64,000 nucleotides of DNA from Eledone cirrhosa (GCA_964016885.1 OZ024751.1:36208001-36272000), one strand, 5' to 3'. Positions 46,246 through 60,913 are shown, counted from the stretch's first letter. Notes: generated by a model not told the origin, from the sequence alone. A program made the numbers and translations.

Positions 46246-46392
46246 GAAGGTGTATGGCTTAGTGGTTAGAGTATTGGGCTTGCAATCGAAAGGTTGTGAG
46301 TTCAATTCTCGGACCAGGTGATGTGTTGTTTCCTTGAGCAAGACACTTTATTTCACGTTGCTCCAGTTTACTCCAGCTGTAGAAATGAGATG
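46246..46392 (+). mobile_element. tRNA-derived SINE (CORE/V-like)
   Basis: A box TGGCTTAGTGG at 46255, B box GAGTTCAATTC at 46298, ccttgagcaagacactt. Confidence 0.8.
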
Positions 46393-47236
46393 ATAGGACT
46401 GGGGTCCATATCATTAAATTACCCAAGACACCTCCAGCGAGATATACCTTGGTGGAGGCCAGCTAAACCTGCATAGGTGTGAGCTATCACGCAGACAGAC
46501 CTCAATATTCGCCAGCCCAATGACAAAAGATCTTAGCGCCCCAACACCAGGTCGCTATAACGTTATAACGATTTAATAAGCAATGTACGTGACCACAAGA
46601 ACCCAGAGTTTCAGTCAACGAAACCAACCTCCAAATAACACAAATCACACACACACACGCGCATACAGACACACATATAAAGACGCACTCATACATACAC
46701 AGACGCATACAGATACACATACAGACACACACACAACGCTAACACACAATGCTTAAAACGTTACCACATCACAACGCTGAAACTTACCACACACACACAG
46801 GCGCAAACACACACATACATACCCACATGCCCATACACTTATACACACTCTCTCTCTCTCTCTCTCTCTCTCTCATACACACACACATAGCCATAGATTT
46901 ACACACACACACATATCCATACATTTACACTAACCCCTCCCCCCCCGGACGGACACATACATATACCCATACACTTACACACACTCTCTCTCTCATACAC
47001 ACACACATACACACACACACACCCATAGATTTACACACTCTCTAACACACACACACACGCACACATATATCCATACATTTACACACTCTCTCCCCCGACA
47101 CACACATACACATACCCAGACACGTACACACACACATATAACCATATCAGCAACGCCAGTAGATTCGGTTCCTCTAAATATTTACCAACGGAAATTTGCT
47201 AGAAAAATCTATTTCAGTGTGTGTGGAGGGGGGATT

Positions 47237-47275
<39 letters not shown>

Positions 47276-47366
47276 ACACACACACTCACACTCATACACA
47301 CACACACACACACACATTTTTATTGGTATTAACTATCAGTGTGGTTAATGTTATTATAAAGAAAAT

Positions 47367-47445
47367 ATCATCATCGACATCATCATCACCATCGTCACCA
47401 TCAACATAATCATCATGATCATCATTATTTTATTATTATTATTAT

Positions 47446-47482
<37 letters not shown>

Positions 47483-47567
47483 CGTAGTAGTAGTAATAGT
47501 AGTAGTAGTAGTAGTTGTTGTTGTTGTTGTAGTAGCAGTAGTAGTAGCAGTAGTAGTAGTAGTAGTG

Positions 47568-47602
<35 letters not shown>

Positions 47603-47629
47603 GGTAGTAGTAGTAGTTGTAGTAGTAGC

Positions 47630-47685
<56 letters not shown>

Positions 47686-47725
47686 CAGTAGTAGTAGTAG
47701 TAGTAGTAGCAGTAGTAGCAGCAGC

Positions 47726-47766
<41 letters not shown>

Positions 47767-47824
47767 CAGCAGCAGCAGCAGAAGTAGTAGTAGTAGCAGT
47801 AGTAGTAGTAGTAGTAGCAGTAGT

Positions 47825-47892
<68 letters not shown>

Positions 47893-47893
47893 T
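47367..47893. repeat. Compound trinucleotide array (CAT)n-(ATT)n-(GTA/GCA)n
   Basis: Directly visible. Confidence 0.95.
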
Positions 47894-48204
47894 TTCATTG
47901 TTGTCGTTGTTGCTAATAATATTAATGCATAAATCGTTAGTAACGTTATTAGTATTACTATTTTTTTTTAAAAATCAATACATTTGTAGTCCTCCTCCTC
48001 CTCCTGCTCTCACTCTCCTCCTCTCACCACCACCCCTTCACCCTTCCCTCCCCCCTCCTTGGTGATACAGTTCGTTTATTCTGCAAAGCATTCGGCAAAA
48101 AGCTCCACTGGATTGTTGTGCTATTGAAGCAATTGTTAACATGTCCTGTCAAAGATGTCGACATGTGATATAAGTAACTGCATGTATATATATATGTGTG
48201 TGTC

Positions 48205-48299
48205 TATACATATATATACACACATTCATACATTCTTATATATATATATATATATATATGTCTGTGTGTGTATACATATACATATATATACACACATTC

Positions 48300-48333
<34 letters not shown>

Positions 48334-48535
48334 ACATATACATATATATACACACATTCATATATATATATTTGTGTGTGTGTGTGTATACATATACATA
48401 TATATATACACATTCATATATATATATGTGTGTGTGTATACATATACATATATATATACACATTCATATATATATTTGTGTGTGTGTGATACATATACAT
48501 ATATATATACACACATTCATATATATATACACACA

Positions 48536-48545
<10 letters not shown>
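48205..48545. repeat. Microsatellite-derived minisatellite (~50-60 bp unit, marker cacacattcata)
   Basis: Marker recurs about 7 times. Confidence 0.8.
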
Positions 48546-48609
<64 letters not shown>

Positions 48610-48841
48610 AGTGTGTGTGTGCGTGTGTGTGTGTGTATCTATATACAGTATATATATATACATCTGTGTGTTTATTTGTGTATGTGTGTTTGTGCCACTG
48701 TGTGAGTGCGTATGTGTATATGTGTTTGTGTCTCTTTGGTAGTGTGTGTGTGTGTGTGTGTGTTTGCGTGTGCTTGACTCTCTCTCTCTCTCAGTCTCTC
48801 TCCCCCCTCTCTCTCTCTCTGTATCTCACTCTCTCTCTCAG

Positions 48842-48874
<33 letters not shown>

Positions 48875-49655
48875 GTGTTTGTGAACATGTCCTGTTTGGA
48901 GATATGTAACAAGTACATGTAACCTACGCTGGAAACTTCACATTAATTACATCGAGCTGTTGGAATGTGACAACATGTAACACACCGACACAAGTCCCTG
49001 CAATTGTCATCTTACTTCTATGTCTGTACCAATATCTATTCTTGTCTTATGTATGTGTTATCTAATTTTGATCCTGAGCAAGTACTGTTGTATTGTTGAA
49101 CTAATGACGCTACATTAAATATGACCAGCCGGCGGCTCTTCATCTGTATGTATCTTCGTTTTTGTCTTCTTTTTATTTGACATATGTAATATAAGGATCT
49201 AGCTGTGAAATTGTTCCGCGGGGGGGGGGGGGGGGCAGAGCAGTGAATATTGCACTTGTTTATCGATTTGGAAGTATTGTTGTTGTATGTATCGACCCGT
49301 AACTCTTAATGGAGTGGTAAGGGGGCCATCATGACATGAAGCGTGTCTGGATAGTTTATATCTGTTAGAGATCAACTCTTCCGCAAGTCTGAATATATCC
49401 AGTTTCTGGATGAAAGGAGAAATAACATTAGAATGAGATATATAGAAGAAATAGTCCTCAGTGGTTGATTGGTATTTTTATGGAGTTTGAAGGGATGAAA
49501 AATTGACCAAGGCCCTATATGAACTGAGAGAGCACAGACCGCCTGGAAGAACACAACAAAGTCTTGTAGTCGACTTTCTGACGATTCTGCCAAACGGCAA
49601 GTTGCCATTATTCGATATCCGTTCGATATACGTTCGATATACGTTCGATATACGT

Positions 49656-49846
49656 AGAGTGGTGAATTGGCAGTATCGGTTGAGGGTTGGACGTCATGCT
49701 TTCTAGCATAGTTACGTCCCTTTACGGTCTGAGTTCAAATCCCGTCGAGGTTAACTTTGCCTTTCATCCTTACGGGGTCGATAACATAAAGTACCAGTAA
49801 TGTACTGGGTAATTGCTGGCCTTGTGCCAAAAGTAGAAACAATTAT
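49656..49846 (+). mobile_element. Full-length SINE with reiterated 5' target sequence
   Basis: Downstream flank attattcaatatacgttc; upstream flank atta followed by (ttcgatatMcg)x4. Confidence 0.85.
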
Positions 49847-49973
49847 TCAATATACGTTCCGGTTCTCTCTGAACTGATTTCAAACCCTACTGATGTCTAC
49901 TTCACATAGGGTTGAGGTAAATACAGAAGTACAATACATGTTCAACACCATCTCTACTTGCAACAAATTATAT

Positions 49974-50003
<30 letters not shown>

Positions 50004-50004
<1 letters not shown>

Positions 50005-50143
50005 AACGAGTAGGACCTCGACGGCTAGTTCTGAACTAGCCGTCGAAACGGCTTGAGCTAAGCCGTCGGGGTCCTACTCGTTCCTATTACCCACTCTCTT
50101 TGGTGCGTTATGGTCCACCTGGTTCCTTACCACATTTCCTTCG

Positions 50144-50146
<3 letters not shown>
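50004..50146 (+). mobile_element. Family A element with shortened fold-back
   Basis: gtaggacctc-GACGGCTAGTTC-t-GAACTAGCCGTC-GAAACGGCT...AGCCGTC-ggggtcctac plus tail; (TA)n flanks. Confidence 0.8.
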
Positions 50147-50188
<42 letters not shown>

Positions 50189-50195
<7 letters not shown>

Positions 50196-50421
50196 GTGGT
50201 TTTTTTTTTACAAAATGAAAAATAACCGAGGTGTCCTACCCGAGTGAAAGTATAAAGAAAAAAAGATGAAATCGAAAATGCAACTGGAGTCTTATTTTAA
50301 AAAATATATATATATTTATTTGGTTCCTTTACCGGTTTCGCAGTAACGGTAAAGGAACAAAATAAATATATATATATTTTTTTTAAATAAGACTCCAGTT
50401 GCATTTTCGATTTCATCTTTT
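50189..50421 (-). mobile_element. Family C fold-back element (~75-bp arms)
   Basis: Arms ~50260-50334 and 50347-50421; minus strand apex reads ttactgc-GAAACCGGTA-aaggaa-cc-AAATAAA. Confidence 0.8.
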
Positions 50422-50428
50422 ATATACA

Positions 50429-50545
<117 letters not shown>

Positions 50546-51068
50546 GTCTATTTCATTTATTTACTTAACAAAAACCATCAACTCCAACATAACTATAGTA
50601 CCATTCTACAAAGAAGAAACATCCGTAGCTGACGAGTTGGTAATATCTGAGAAAATCTTTTAAAGATGGCTGCCTGAACATTAGAATTATTTTTATCGTT
50701 ACATTTTACGTTGGTCTGATCCACTTTAACGTAATGTCTATCTCATATTTCCCCTCCAGTTAATGATATCATTTCGAGAAGAGATTTTTAGAGAGATACT
50801 CAAAGCTAACGCCAGATTTGTATTCACAAAGGTGAGGAAGATTGCTAAAAAGATGTATGCCATGTTCGTCTGTCTGTCTGTCCGATTGTCTGTCTGTCTG
50901 TATGTATGTATGATTATACGTGTGTATGTATATATGTATGTTTGTATGTATGTATGTATGTATGTATGTATGTGTATATATACTTATTTATATAAATGTA
51001 TGCATTCAGCTCTTTCTCTCAAACACACACACACGCTCTCTCTCTCTATCTCTCTCTTTCTCTCTCTG

Positions 51069-51101
<33 letters not shown>

Positions 51102-51145
51102 TGTGTGCGTGTGTGTGTTTGAGAGAAAGATGTGATGCATACATT

Positions 51146-51269
<124 letters not shown>

Positions 51270-51583
51270 TATGCATATATTTACATAAATACCTACCTAC
51301 CTACATACACACAAATATAAATGAATATATACATAGAAACATACATACGTAGGTACGTACATACATACCACAATGTATGCTTACGTGTTGATGGTTTGTG
51401 CTATATCGCTAACACGTTACGTACGATCTCCGTCGAAAAGTGGACTTGCTGCAAGCATGATATATAGAGATTTATCAATAGATATTTACTGGTGTTCCAT
51501 TGCAACAAGAAAGATAAATACGATTCTACATTTGATAATTCACCAGAGTCACAAGTGTTGCTAAAATATATGCAACCACATAT

Positions 51584-51626
<43 letters not shown>

Positions 51627-51864
51627 TTATATATATGTATTTATATATATATAATCTTTATATATATATAATCTTTTAGTGTGCACGTCCAAGTGTGTTT
51701 ATATATGCATGTATATGTCCATGAATCTGTTTATAATACATACATAAATATATGTGTGTGTGTGTGTGTTTTTTTTTTTAAATATACGTGTATATGTATA
51801 TGTGGGTTTGTAAATGTATTTGTGTATATAATTATATGTGAGTGTCTGTTTGTAAATATATATA

Positions 51865-51953
<89 letters not shown>

Positions 51954-51956
<3 letters not shown>

Positions 51957-52148
51957 GAAGGAAATGTGGTAAGGAACCAGATGGACCATAACGCACCAAA
52001 GTACTCAATACTTAGGGTAGTAGAGTGGGTAATAGGAACGAGTAGGACCCCGACGGCTGAGCTCAAGCCGTTTCGACGGCTAATTCTGGTCCAAAATTAG
52101 CCGTCGAAACGGCTTGAGCTTAGCCGTTGGGCTCCTACTCGTTCCTAT
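51954..52148 (-). mobile_element. Family A fold-back element
   Basis: Reverse-complement counterpart of 39243-39440 with an identical apex. Confidence 0.85.
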
Positions 52149-52153
52149 ATATA

Positions 52154-52232
<79 letters not shown>

Positions 52233-52693
52233 ATATATATATGTATATATAAGTATATTTGTATGTGTGTGTATACATACCTACATACATATGCAATATA
52301 TATTGAAGGTGTAGTAAGACTTCTCAATTAGGATTCATTGGTATGTATCTGATCGCAGGACAAGAATTTACATAATTATACATTTATTTACTACTTTTAT
52401 ACGTTTTTACTATGTCATTCTAAACAAATTTGTTTTACAAAACATTGCACACTTCCTACATAGACACAGGCACACATACATAGACACAGGCACACACACA
52501 TATGCCTCTAGGTATGTGTTTCTCTTTCTCTTAATTTCGAGTACATTTTTGACCGGCCACCTTCCTAGTGGCAAGGTTGTAAAAGAAAAGAAATTGTCAT
52601 CCCTTGTAGTCTATGAATTAGGGAGCTGCGCTCTTAGTCCACAAATCCAAGCTCAGTTATACTTTGATCCAAGCTGGTATGTATGTATGTATG

Positions 52694-53750
52694 TCCGGGA
52701 GAGATGACCCCTTAGCCCTTGTCAAGGCAGAATTCTAGGAGAATGAAAACTCTGATATAACACCTGCAACCCTGATGGTATCCAATGATGTTGACTTGTT
52801 CTTCTTTTTGGTAAATATCATCTTGGTTAAGAGAGTGGGACTGGCTTTGTGCAGTGCCTTTGCTCACTATAAAAGTTTCACGCCACAGGCATTGCTTTAT
52901 ATCTGGAGATCTCTCTGCACTTGTCGTCACATGGTGCCATGGGCCCAGCACCATGTGTCAATAATTGTCACAAGTGTAGTGTTTGTACCAGAGTTTTCAA
53001 GTCGCTGGCTGGACTAAAAAGTCACACTCGTTCAGGGCATCGGTAGGGGTACTCCTACATGGATATAAAGTAGTGGCCGTACTCGAAAACGAGTTTGCAG
53101 CCACCATGTATGTATGCATGTATGTATGTATGTCGGGTCACTCATGAGTGCTACTGGTAACATGTAACCCAGTACAACCTGTCGCATGGTCGGGTTTGTC
53201 AGCAACTAAACCGGCAACCCCACCAAGTTTACTTGGCGAGGGGGTGATTTTGGACATCCTGCAGGACAAAAACAAAACCTGACAAAGGGCGAAGAACTAA
53301 TAAGAGTCAACCGCCATCCAAAAGTGTAAAAATAAGTATATACACATGTACATATGTATCTATATGTGTATATAAATGGGTGCATGTGTATGTATATGTG
53401 CGGGGACATAGAAATAGTCGGGCTGGACATCCGAACGCGCGGTTAAACCACTGGGAGTGAAGGACCCCTAGCGTTTGTCAGGGCATTCTTCTAGGAGAAG
53501 GCAACTCAGGAAACTGGAATGACGCCGATATAAAACCTGCGGCTCAGTAGTTACCGATGATGTTGATCTTTTCTTCTTTTTGGGTTATAGCTACTGTCGC
53601 TCAGAGAGTGGGATTGGCTCAGTGCACAGTCTTTCCTCACTTTAAAAAATATCTTCACGCTCAGGCATTGCACGATAGAAATAATTAATAATTATTAATA
53701 ATGGTATATCGTGCAATGGGTATACTCGATAACGAGGAGGGCAGCCATCA
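52694..53750 (+). mobile_element. Two tandem family F copies (52694-53109 5'-truncated; 53131-53750 diverged and interrupted)
   Basis: Homology to 6540-7150; separated by (TATG)n; both end CAGCCAYCATG. Confidence 0.75.
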
Positions 53751-54187
53751 TGTATATAAGCATATATGTATGTGTGACGTCTTGGGTTTATCATTGATGT
53801 GTTTATCCTGGAATCTCGTGGTTACCAATCAAACTTACTAACCAAACACTGACCCCATAACCCATATGTATATCTCAGACTATCTACTTATTCAGCTTCC
53901 TCTCTCTTTCACTCACTCTCACACTCTCTCTCTCTGTCTCTCTCTCTCTCTTATATATATATATACTTACAAACACATACATACACACATGTGTATATAT
54001 ATATATATATGTCCTCAGATGTGTGTATATGCACGAGCAAGTGTGTTTGTTGCGTATATGCCTGTGTAAGTGTATAGTCTTGTCTGTGTTGAATATTTAT
54101 GCACTATACGCATCGATAAAATTAGCATATAGATCTCTGTCAACGTGTCATTGTTCATTATTCAGCCTATATATACATACACATATA

Positions 54188-54380
<193 letters not shown>

Positions 54381-54516
54381 ATATATATATGTGTGTGTGA
54401 GTGTGAATGTATACATATATATATATTTATATATATATTCATATATGTATATATATATAGAGGGAGAGATGTGTGTGTCTGTACATACGAATGAAAACAC
54501 ACACATATATATATGT

Positions 54517-54599
<83 letters not shown>

Positions 54600-54652
54600 G
54601 GATACCCAATTACATATATATATTTATATATACATACACATACCCACACACA

Positions 54653-54728
<76 letters not shown>

Positions 54729-55453
54729 CATACATACATACATACATTCTATATGCGTGCAATCATTCACAGTTATTGGAAATTTTATTTCATGTTCATC
54801 TAGTTACAGCACCTATGTCTATGTTTATATCTGAGTGACTCATGCATGTTTTACACATACATGCCTAATGTATTTTCACGCTGAATATATTTAGCTATGT
54901 TTCCATATACTGAGCTACTGTTACATACTACACAGTAGCTCTACCAATATACTTCTCGTCTTGCTTCTCTCTTTTCCTCTTCCTCTCCTTTATCAACTAT
55001 ATACTATATTTCTTGGACAGCCTACGTAGGAACGTATTGTTGGAAATTAAATTAGATTATACAACCGAATAAGACTGGCATCTATTTTCAGTTGCAACGT
55101 TGAGTTTCAATCTACAAATTTCTGACATGTCCATGAAGCTGGAATGAGACGTTGTGACTTCAAAGTTATTTCTAAATTGTTGTTAGCTAGCCGTCGACTA
55201 TTGCAGATCAAGGTCGTTGTTGATCCACACATGTGATGTATTTCTCATAGCAACGTGTCGATGTATTTGCTAATGTAATAGTAAAGTTTAACACTGATAC
55301 TAACAAGACTAATGGAAAGAAGAATATTCCAGTATACATTTCTCCATGATAGACTAGTTTCCGTGTTGTTAGAATGACTGTGAATATGGCAAGCTTCATC
55401 ACAAGTAATATGGTTAGCAGACTATATCCAATCCTATAACCTGTAAATACTAC

Positions 55454-55504
<51 letters not shown>

Positions 55505-56090
55505 GCGGGCATGGTTACGTCCCTTTACGGTGTGAGTCCAAATCCCGTCGAGGTTAACTTTGCCTTTCATCCTTACGGGGTCGATAAAATAAAGTACCAG
55601 TAATGTACTGGGGTAATTGCTGGCCTTGTGCCACACGTAGACACAATTATCATATCCGCGTGTCGTGGGTGGAGGATTGTCAGTATCGGTAGAGTGTCGG
55701 ACAATATGCACTGGGTTATATAGTTATGGCCCGTTACGTTCTGTGTAAAATCCCGTCGAGGTTAGATTTGCCTTTCATCCTTACAGTGTTGATAAAATAT
55801 AGCACCAGTTACGTACTAGTAATGTAAGGTATAGCACTAGTCACGCCATTGTTATTTCTGCATGTCATGGAATGACTGTTTAGCAGAATCCTTAGAGTGT
55901 CAGAGGAAATGCATTGCGGCATGCAGTTATTGCCCTTTACGTTCAGAGTTCAAATCCTGTCAAGGCCACCATCACGTTTCATTCTTTTGTGGTCGAAAAT
56001 GAATATAATAATGTACTGGGACCGATATAATCGACTTACTTCTCCCCATAAATGTTTAGACTCGTTCCCCAAAATAGAAATAATTATTTC
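55505..56090 (+). mobile_element. Cluster of three same-orientation SINE copies
   Basis: aaatcccgtcgaggtta...tgcctttcatcc core at ~55540 and ~55750, and a degenerate copy at ~55950. Confidence 0.75.
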
Positions 56091-57032
56091 TTCATGTTGT
56101 AAAGTAGAAAAAATTATTTCTTCATGTTGTAAGGTCCAGTGTTTTTTTTTTATCAGTTTGGCAGCGTCACTGTGTAACATTGCACCCTGTGTTTCATAGT
56201 GTCCAGTGTGTTCATCAGCTAGGCGGTGTCGTTTGTACTCCATGAGTCACAGAGCCAAGTAGAAACTTCAGTTGAAGACTGCCATGATGTAATTGGAAAA
56301 CAGAGGTGATCAGGGGAGCGAACCCAGTACTACTTCCTTTTACCTACTTACCATAACTTTGCTGAATCAGCACTAAACCGGATATAAATACGAGCAATCA
56401 CAACATCAACAGCAACAATAACATCAATATAAACAACAACACCCAGCTCATAGATTCGATTGGTCGGGTGCATTATGTTTTGATCCACTTAATTTTATAT
56501 TGATTTCAATATTCAATCATTCAAAATCACCATGGTTAAATGTTGTGTGGGAAATGGAAAATGTGTAAGTGGAAAATGTATCACGCATTATCCTAACAAC
56601 GTATTTGATTGAAGACAATTGCTATCAACATATCAGTACAGGGTAATTCATAGAGTATTTTCAAACATGTATCAGTAATTAGAATTACTTGTATTAAGAA
56701 GCTAGAAATGTTACTGACAACTTTGATGTTGGTACAACGTTTATAACATTGTACCAAGATGGAATAGTGTTAGGGAGAGAGACAGGAAGAATGGTTACAG
56801 TGAGAGGTAGAGTGGGAGAGAGAGAGGGGGGGGGAGAAAGATGAAAGAGGTAACTGTATGTAAACAGAAACATTTAGCGAATTGATAACTAAATATATGA
56901 ACATGTAAATATATAATATTTATGTGACTGTGTGTGTGTGAGTATTTATATATATATATATACCCATATATAGTATAATTAAAATACCATACACGTAATA
57001 TGTATGCATCTATCTATATATATATATATATA

Positions 57033-57152
57033 TCGTGGCTCAGTTCGGATCTAACTGTCGAAACGGCCGGAGCTCAGCCATCGGGGTCCTGATCTTTCAT
57101 ATTACCCACTCTACTACCCTAAGTATTGAGTACTCCGGTGCGTTATAGTCTA
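57033..57152 (+). mobile_element. Family A copy
   Basis: ctgtcGAAACGGCcggagctcaGCCATCggggtcc...attgagtac. Confidence 0.75.
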
Positions 57153-57223
57153 TATATTGTGAGAAAGTACAAGGTTGAGTGTAGAACATATTTTGAATAT
57201 GGATATTTTTTTACCTTGCAAAG

Positions 57224-57256
<33 letters not shown>

Positions 57257-57257
<1 letters not shown>

Positions 57258-57640
57258 TAGCAGATTTACCCGGCGTTGCCCGGGGTTTGAAATGCAACAG
57301 AGAATAAACAAGAAACAAACGATAATATTAGTGATTTATCTTCAAATGAATCTGATGTTTATATTTCTGTCAATAAAGTTGGTTATCTCCCTTTTTTATA
57401 AGGATTGTCAATAAAGTTGGTTATCTCCCTTACATCAATTTTGCTACCGATAATTTTGATATCGATTTTTTATTGCTCAACGTGGGTCGACGTGGATGAT
57501 TTTTGTGATATGACCATCGTAGCGACCTGTGCAACGTGCACAGAAAATGTTGTCAAATTCGGTTGGTAATTGTAAAAGCCTTAGGTATCCAAAGTTGTAC
57601 ACAGACACACACATATCCTCGCTTTTATATATATAGAAGA
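57257..57640 (-). mobile_element. Non-autonomous Helitron
   Basis: Minus strand: 5' TC start, 3' GC hairpin CCCGGGCAACGCCGGG about 8 nt before terminal CTAG, inserted between A and T; internal 25-bp duplication at 57369/57406. Confidence 0.8.
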
Positions 57641-57645
57641 TATAT

Positions 57646-57893
57646 AACGAAGGAAGAATGGTAAGTAACCAGATGGACCATAACACACCAGTGTACTCAA
57701 TACTTAGGGTAATAGAGTGGGTAATAGGAAAATGTTTGACCCCAACAGCAGAGCTCAAGTCGTTTCGACGGCTATTTCTGGACCAGTTTCCATTTGTTTA
57801 ATATCGTATATCTACTCCAAAAACTTGTCGAGTGCTTTATATCAGTTATAAAATATTTACTTGTTGTCTCCCAACAATTTTAAATAAAACTTT

Positions 57894-57897
<4 letters not shown>
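57646..57897. mobile_element. Head-to-head chimera of family A (minus) and family B tail (plus)
   Basis: 57646-57785 matches family A up to the stem II apex; 57786-57897 matches the reverse complement of 15518-15630. Confidence 0.75.
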
Positions 57898-57970
<73 letters not shown>

Positions 57971-58184
57971 GTGGTGGTGGTCGGAAGAGGCTCGATGTCA
58001 CCTAAAAGGATGCAAACGGGCTGGCACGGGACCGCCACTGGTGGGGAGGGACCTGGTGGGGAGGGACCTGGTGGAGCAAGAGCAAGCAAACAAGGGCAGT
58101 ATAGTCGGAAGATTAGACCTGGTTATCTGTGCGATAGGTCCCTCAGTCGGAGTTTTAATAATTCCATCATTCCTCTGAACCTGT

Positions 58185-58325
58185 GCTGGTACTATATTTT
58201 ATTAACCTGGAAAGGGTGAAAGGTAAAGTCGATTTTAGATGGGATTTGAACGCAGATTTATACGATCTGAAAGAAATATTAAGTTATCTAATCCGGCGCC
58301 CTAACGGTTCTGTTAGTCCATCACC
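58185..58325 (-). mobile_element. Degenerate SINE
   Basis: ctggtactatattttattaacctggaaagggtgaaaggtaaagtcga...gggatttgaac. Confidence 0.65.
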
Positions 58326-58569
58326 TTGTGTCTTCATAATTACATCAATAACAGCAATAATTATTTGTAAAGATAACAGTCTTTATTAAATTTAGCAATT
58401 TTCTCACAAGCCACTTTAACGACAAAGAAATATGTTGTCACAAAGAAAGATGTTGCATTGCGTAACATATCAGATTTCTCTCTATCTTAACAATAAAACA
58501 ACAATGAGAATATAGTTGACTACATACATACATAAATACATACATTCATAAAATACTACATCTGTACAT

Positions 58570-58653
<84 letters not shown>

Positions 58654-59186
58654 TGTATATATACAGTGTATATATCAGTGTATATAAATACCAGGCTAAC
58701 ACTGTTAACAATAGCAGCAATGTCATATATTACAACACCTGCATTTACAGCCATTATGAGGCATCTATTATAAAAGCTATGGAGTCGTTATGCACAATAT
58801 ACAAAAGCAGAACACATGCCTTTATATTTTCTACGTTAAGTCAACATATTTCTCGACACATTCAGATAGTATCTGTCAATGCCTTTTGAAATACTGGCGC
58901 TTGCCGGTCGCCATATCTGAGAATAATATATATTCACAAATACATAAATACCCAGGTTTCTATTATAACTTGATCGGTGCATAGCAATATGAATTAAACT
59001 CATAGAAAACAGATAATATAGGGTACAGTATTGACACTCTCGATATAACACGCTTGGTTTAATTTCGTTGGTCTTTCTCAGTGATGCCTTTTGTGTGTTT
59101 GTATGACCAAATGCATAAATATATATGTATATATGTGAGTGGGTGTGTATGTGTGAATGTCTGTGTATATGTAGATGTATATGTGT

Positions 59187-59237
<51 letters not shown>

Positions 59238-59566
59238 TGTTTTACGTATGCATATGCGCATAGATACACGCACACACACTAACACATTGACCCACACAGA
59301 CACGCACAAGTGTATGTTTCCCAAATCATACATTAAAGACTAGCACGCTATGTATATAACTTTAACTACTTTTATTTTCAATTCCTCTTTGATCATTTCT
59401 GTCCACTCTTCACAAACTGTTTCATTGTCAAATGAAAAGATTCAGTTTCGAACTACATCCTACAATAACAACAATTTAGGCGACACAATTACTGGCACTG
59501 TCTTCTCCACTTCTACACACATAACACACTAATTACCTACATATATATATATAATTATATATATGT

Positions 59567-59760
59567 AGGGTGGTGGATTGGCAGTATCGGTAAAGGCGTC
59601 AGACGCCATGCTTTGACGCATAGAGTTACGGCCCTTACCATTCTGAGTTCAAATCCCGCCGAGGTTAACTTTGCCTTTCATCCTTACGGAGTCGATAAAA
59701 TAAAGTACCGGTAATGTACTGAGGTAATTACTGGCCTTGTACCAAAAGTAGAAACAATTA
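59567..59760 (+). mobile_element. Full-length SINE with AT-rich TSD
   Basis: B box GAGTTCAAATC; aattatatatat on both flanks. Confidence 0.9.
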
Positions 59761-60913
59761 TATATATATATTTTCTTTTCTTTTACTGATTATCCGTTCA
59801 ACCTTCAACGAAACATTAGCATCTAAGACTGTCACGAATTTTTTTTCACCTAATTAAAAAATGGACTATAACGAATAAAAATAAACATATATAATGCTTA
59901 AATTGAAGCCATGCTGGAGTACCATCTATAACGCAAATACAATTAGTATATAGTCGTTGATTGTGAACCAAACATTAGTAAATACGGTTGTCACGTTTTT
60001 TTTAAAGTGATTTATAAGAACGTAATACAATGAATATATATATATATATATAAACGTAACAAGACTTATTAGACTGCCACAATACTGGGTCATGAACGCA
60101 AATGAAGTAAAGATAAAAATATACCTAACGATTTGGAACCCTACACTATACAATATATAACTATAAATAACCATAACGTTTTCTTCTATATGTTGCAAGC
60201 ATTAGACTTCGACCACGCTAGAGCACCACCTAACATCACAGATAATATAAAAATAACAATACACATGTTGATTGTGAACCATACTCTATACAATACATAA
60301 CTATAAATAAACGCAAGTATATTTTTTCTTTATTCGTGTCAATCATCAGATTGCTACCATGCTGGGGCTCTCCCTATGACCGCAAATAAAATACAAATAG
60401 AAATAGCAATACTTGATGATCACGAACTCTACCCTGTTTACCTATTTTCAAGTGCTATCTTCTTCAAGGAAAAACAAACAACGAATCACTACAGGAAAGG
60501 GAAGTGATGGAGGTTGGGAATACCACCATCACCACCACTCCAACCCCAAATATAATAAAACACTAGCACTTTCTATGCCATCTTATCGATTTCTTACGGC
60601 AATAACTATAACCAAATATATAATGAAATAAAAACAAAACAAATTGATGTATATTAACGACTCTCCTCTCTTCATTTCGACATTCATTTGTTCAATTTCG
60701 GACCTTGACAAATATTTACAGCAAATCTACGAAGGTTTTGTTGTTTTTCTTGTTTGTGTGTTGTTGTTGTTCTTGTCCCTGTTCTTTTTTCTGTTTGTTT
60801 GTTTTTTACATACATTTCCACATTCCTCTGACAACACAACGTCTACTATTCATATATTTACAGTGGATAAAAACGGTGACATATAATCAATGAACTCTTC
60901 GTTTTAGGTTTTT

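Noticed and set aside
46246-46320. tRNA gene
   Set aside because: A/B boxes continue into a SINE body and no proper cloverleaf forms; same for 30986.
47415-48065. Poly-Val / poly-Leu ORFs
   Set aside because: Trinucleotide microsatellite.
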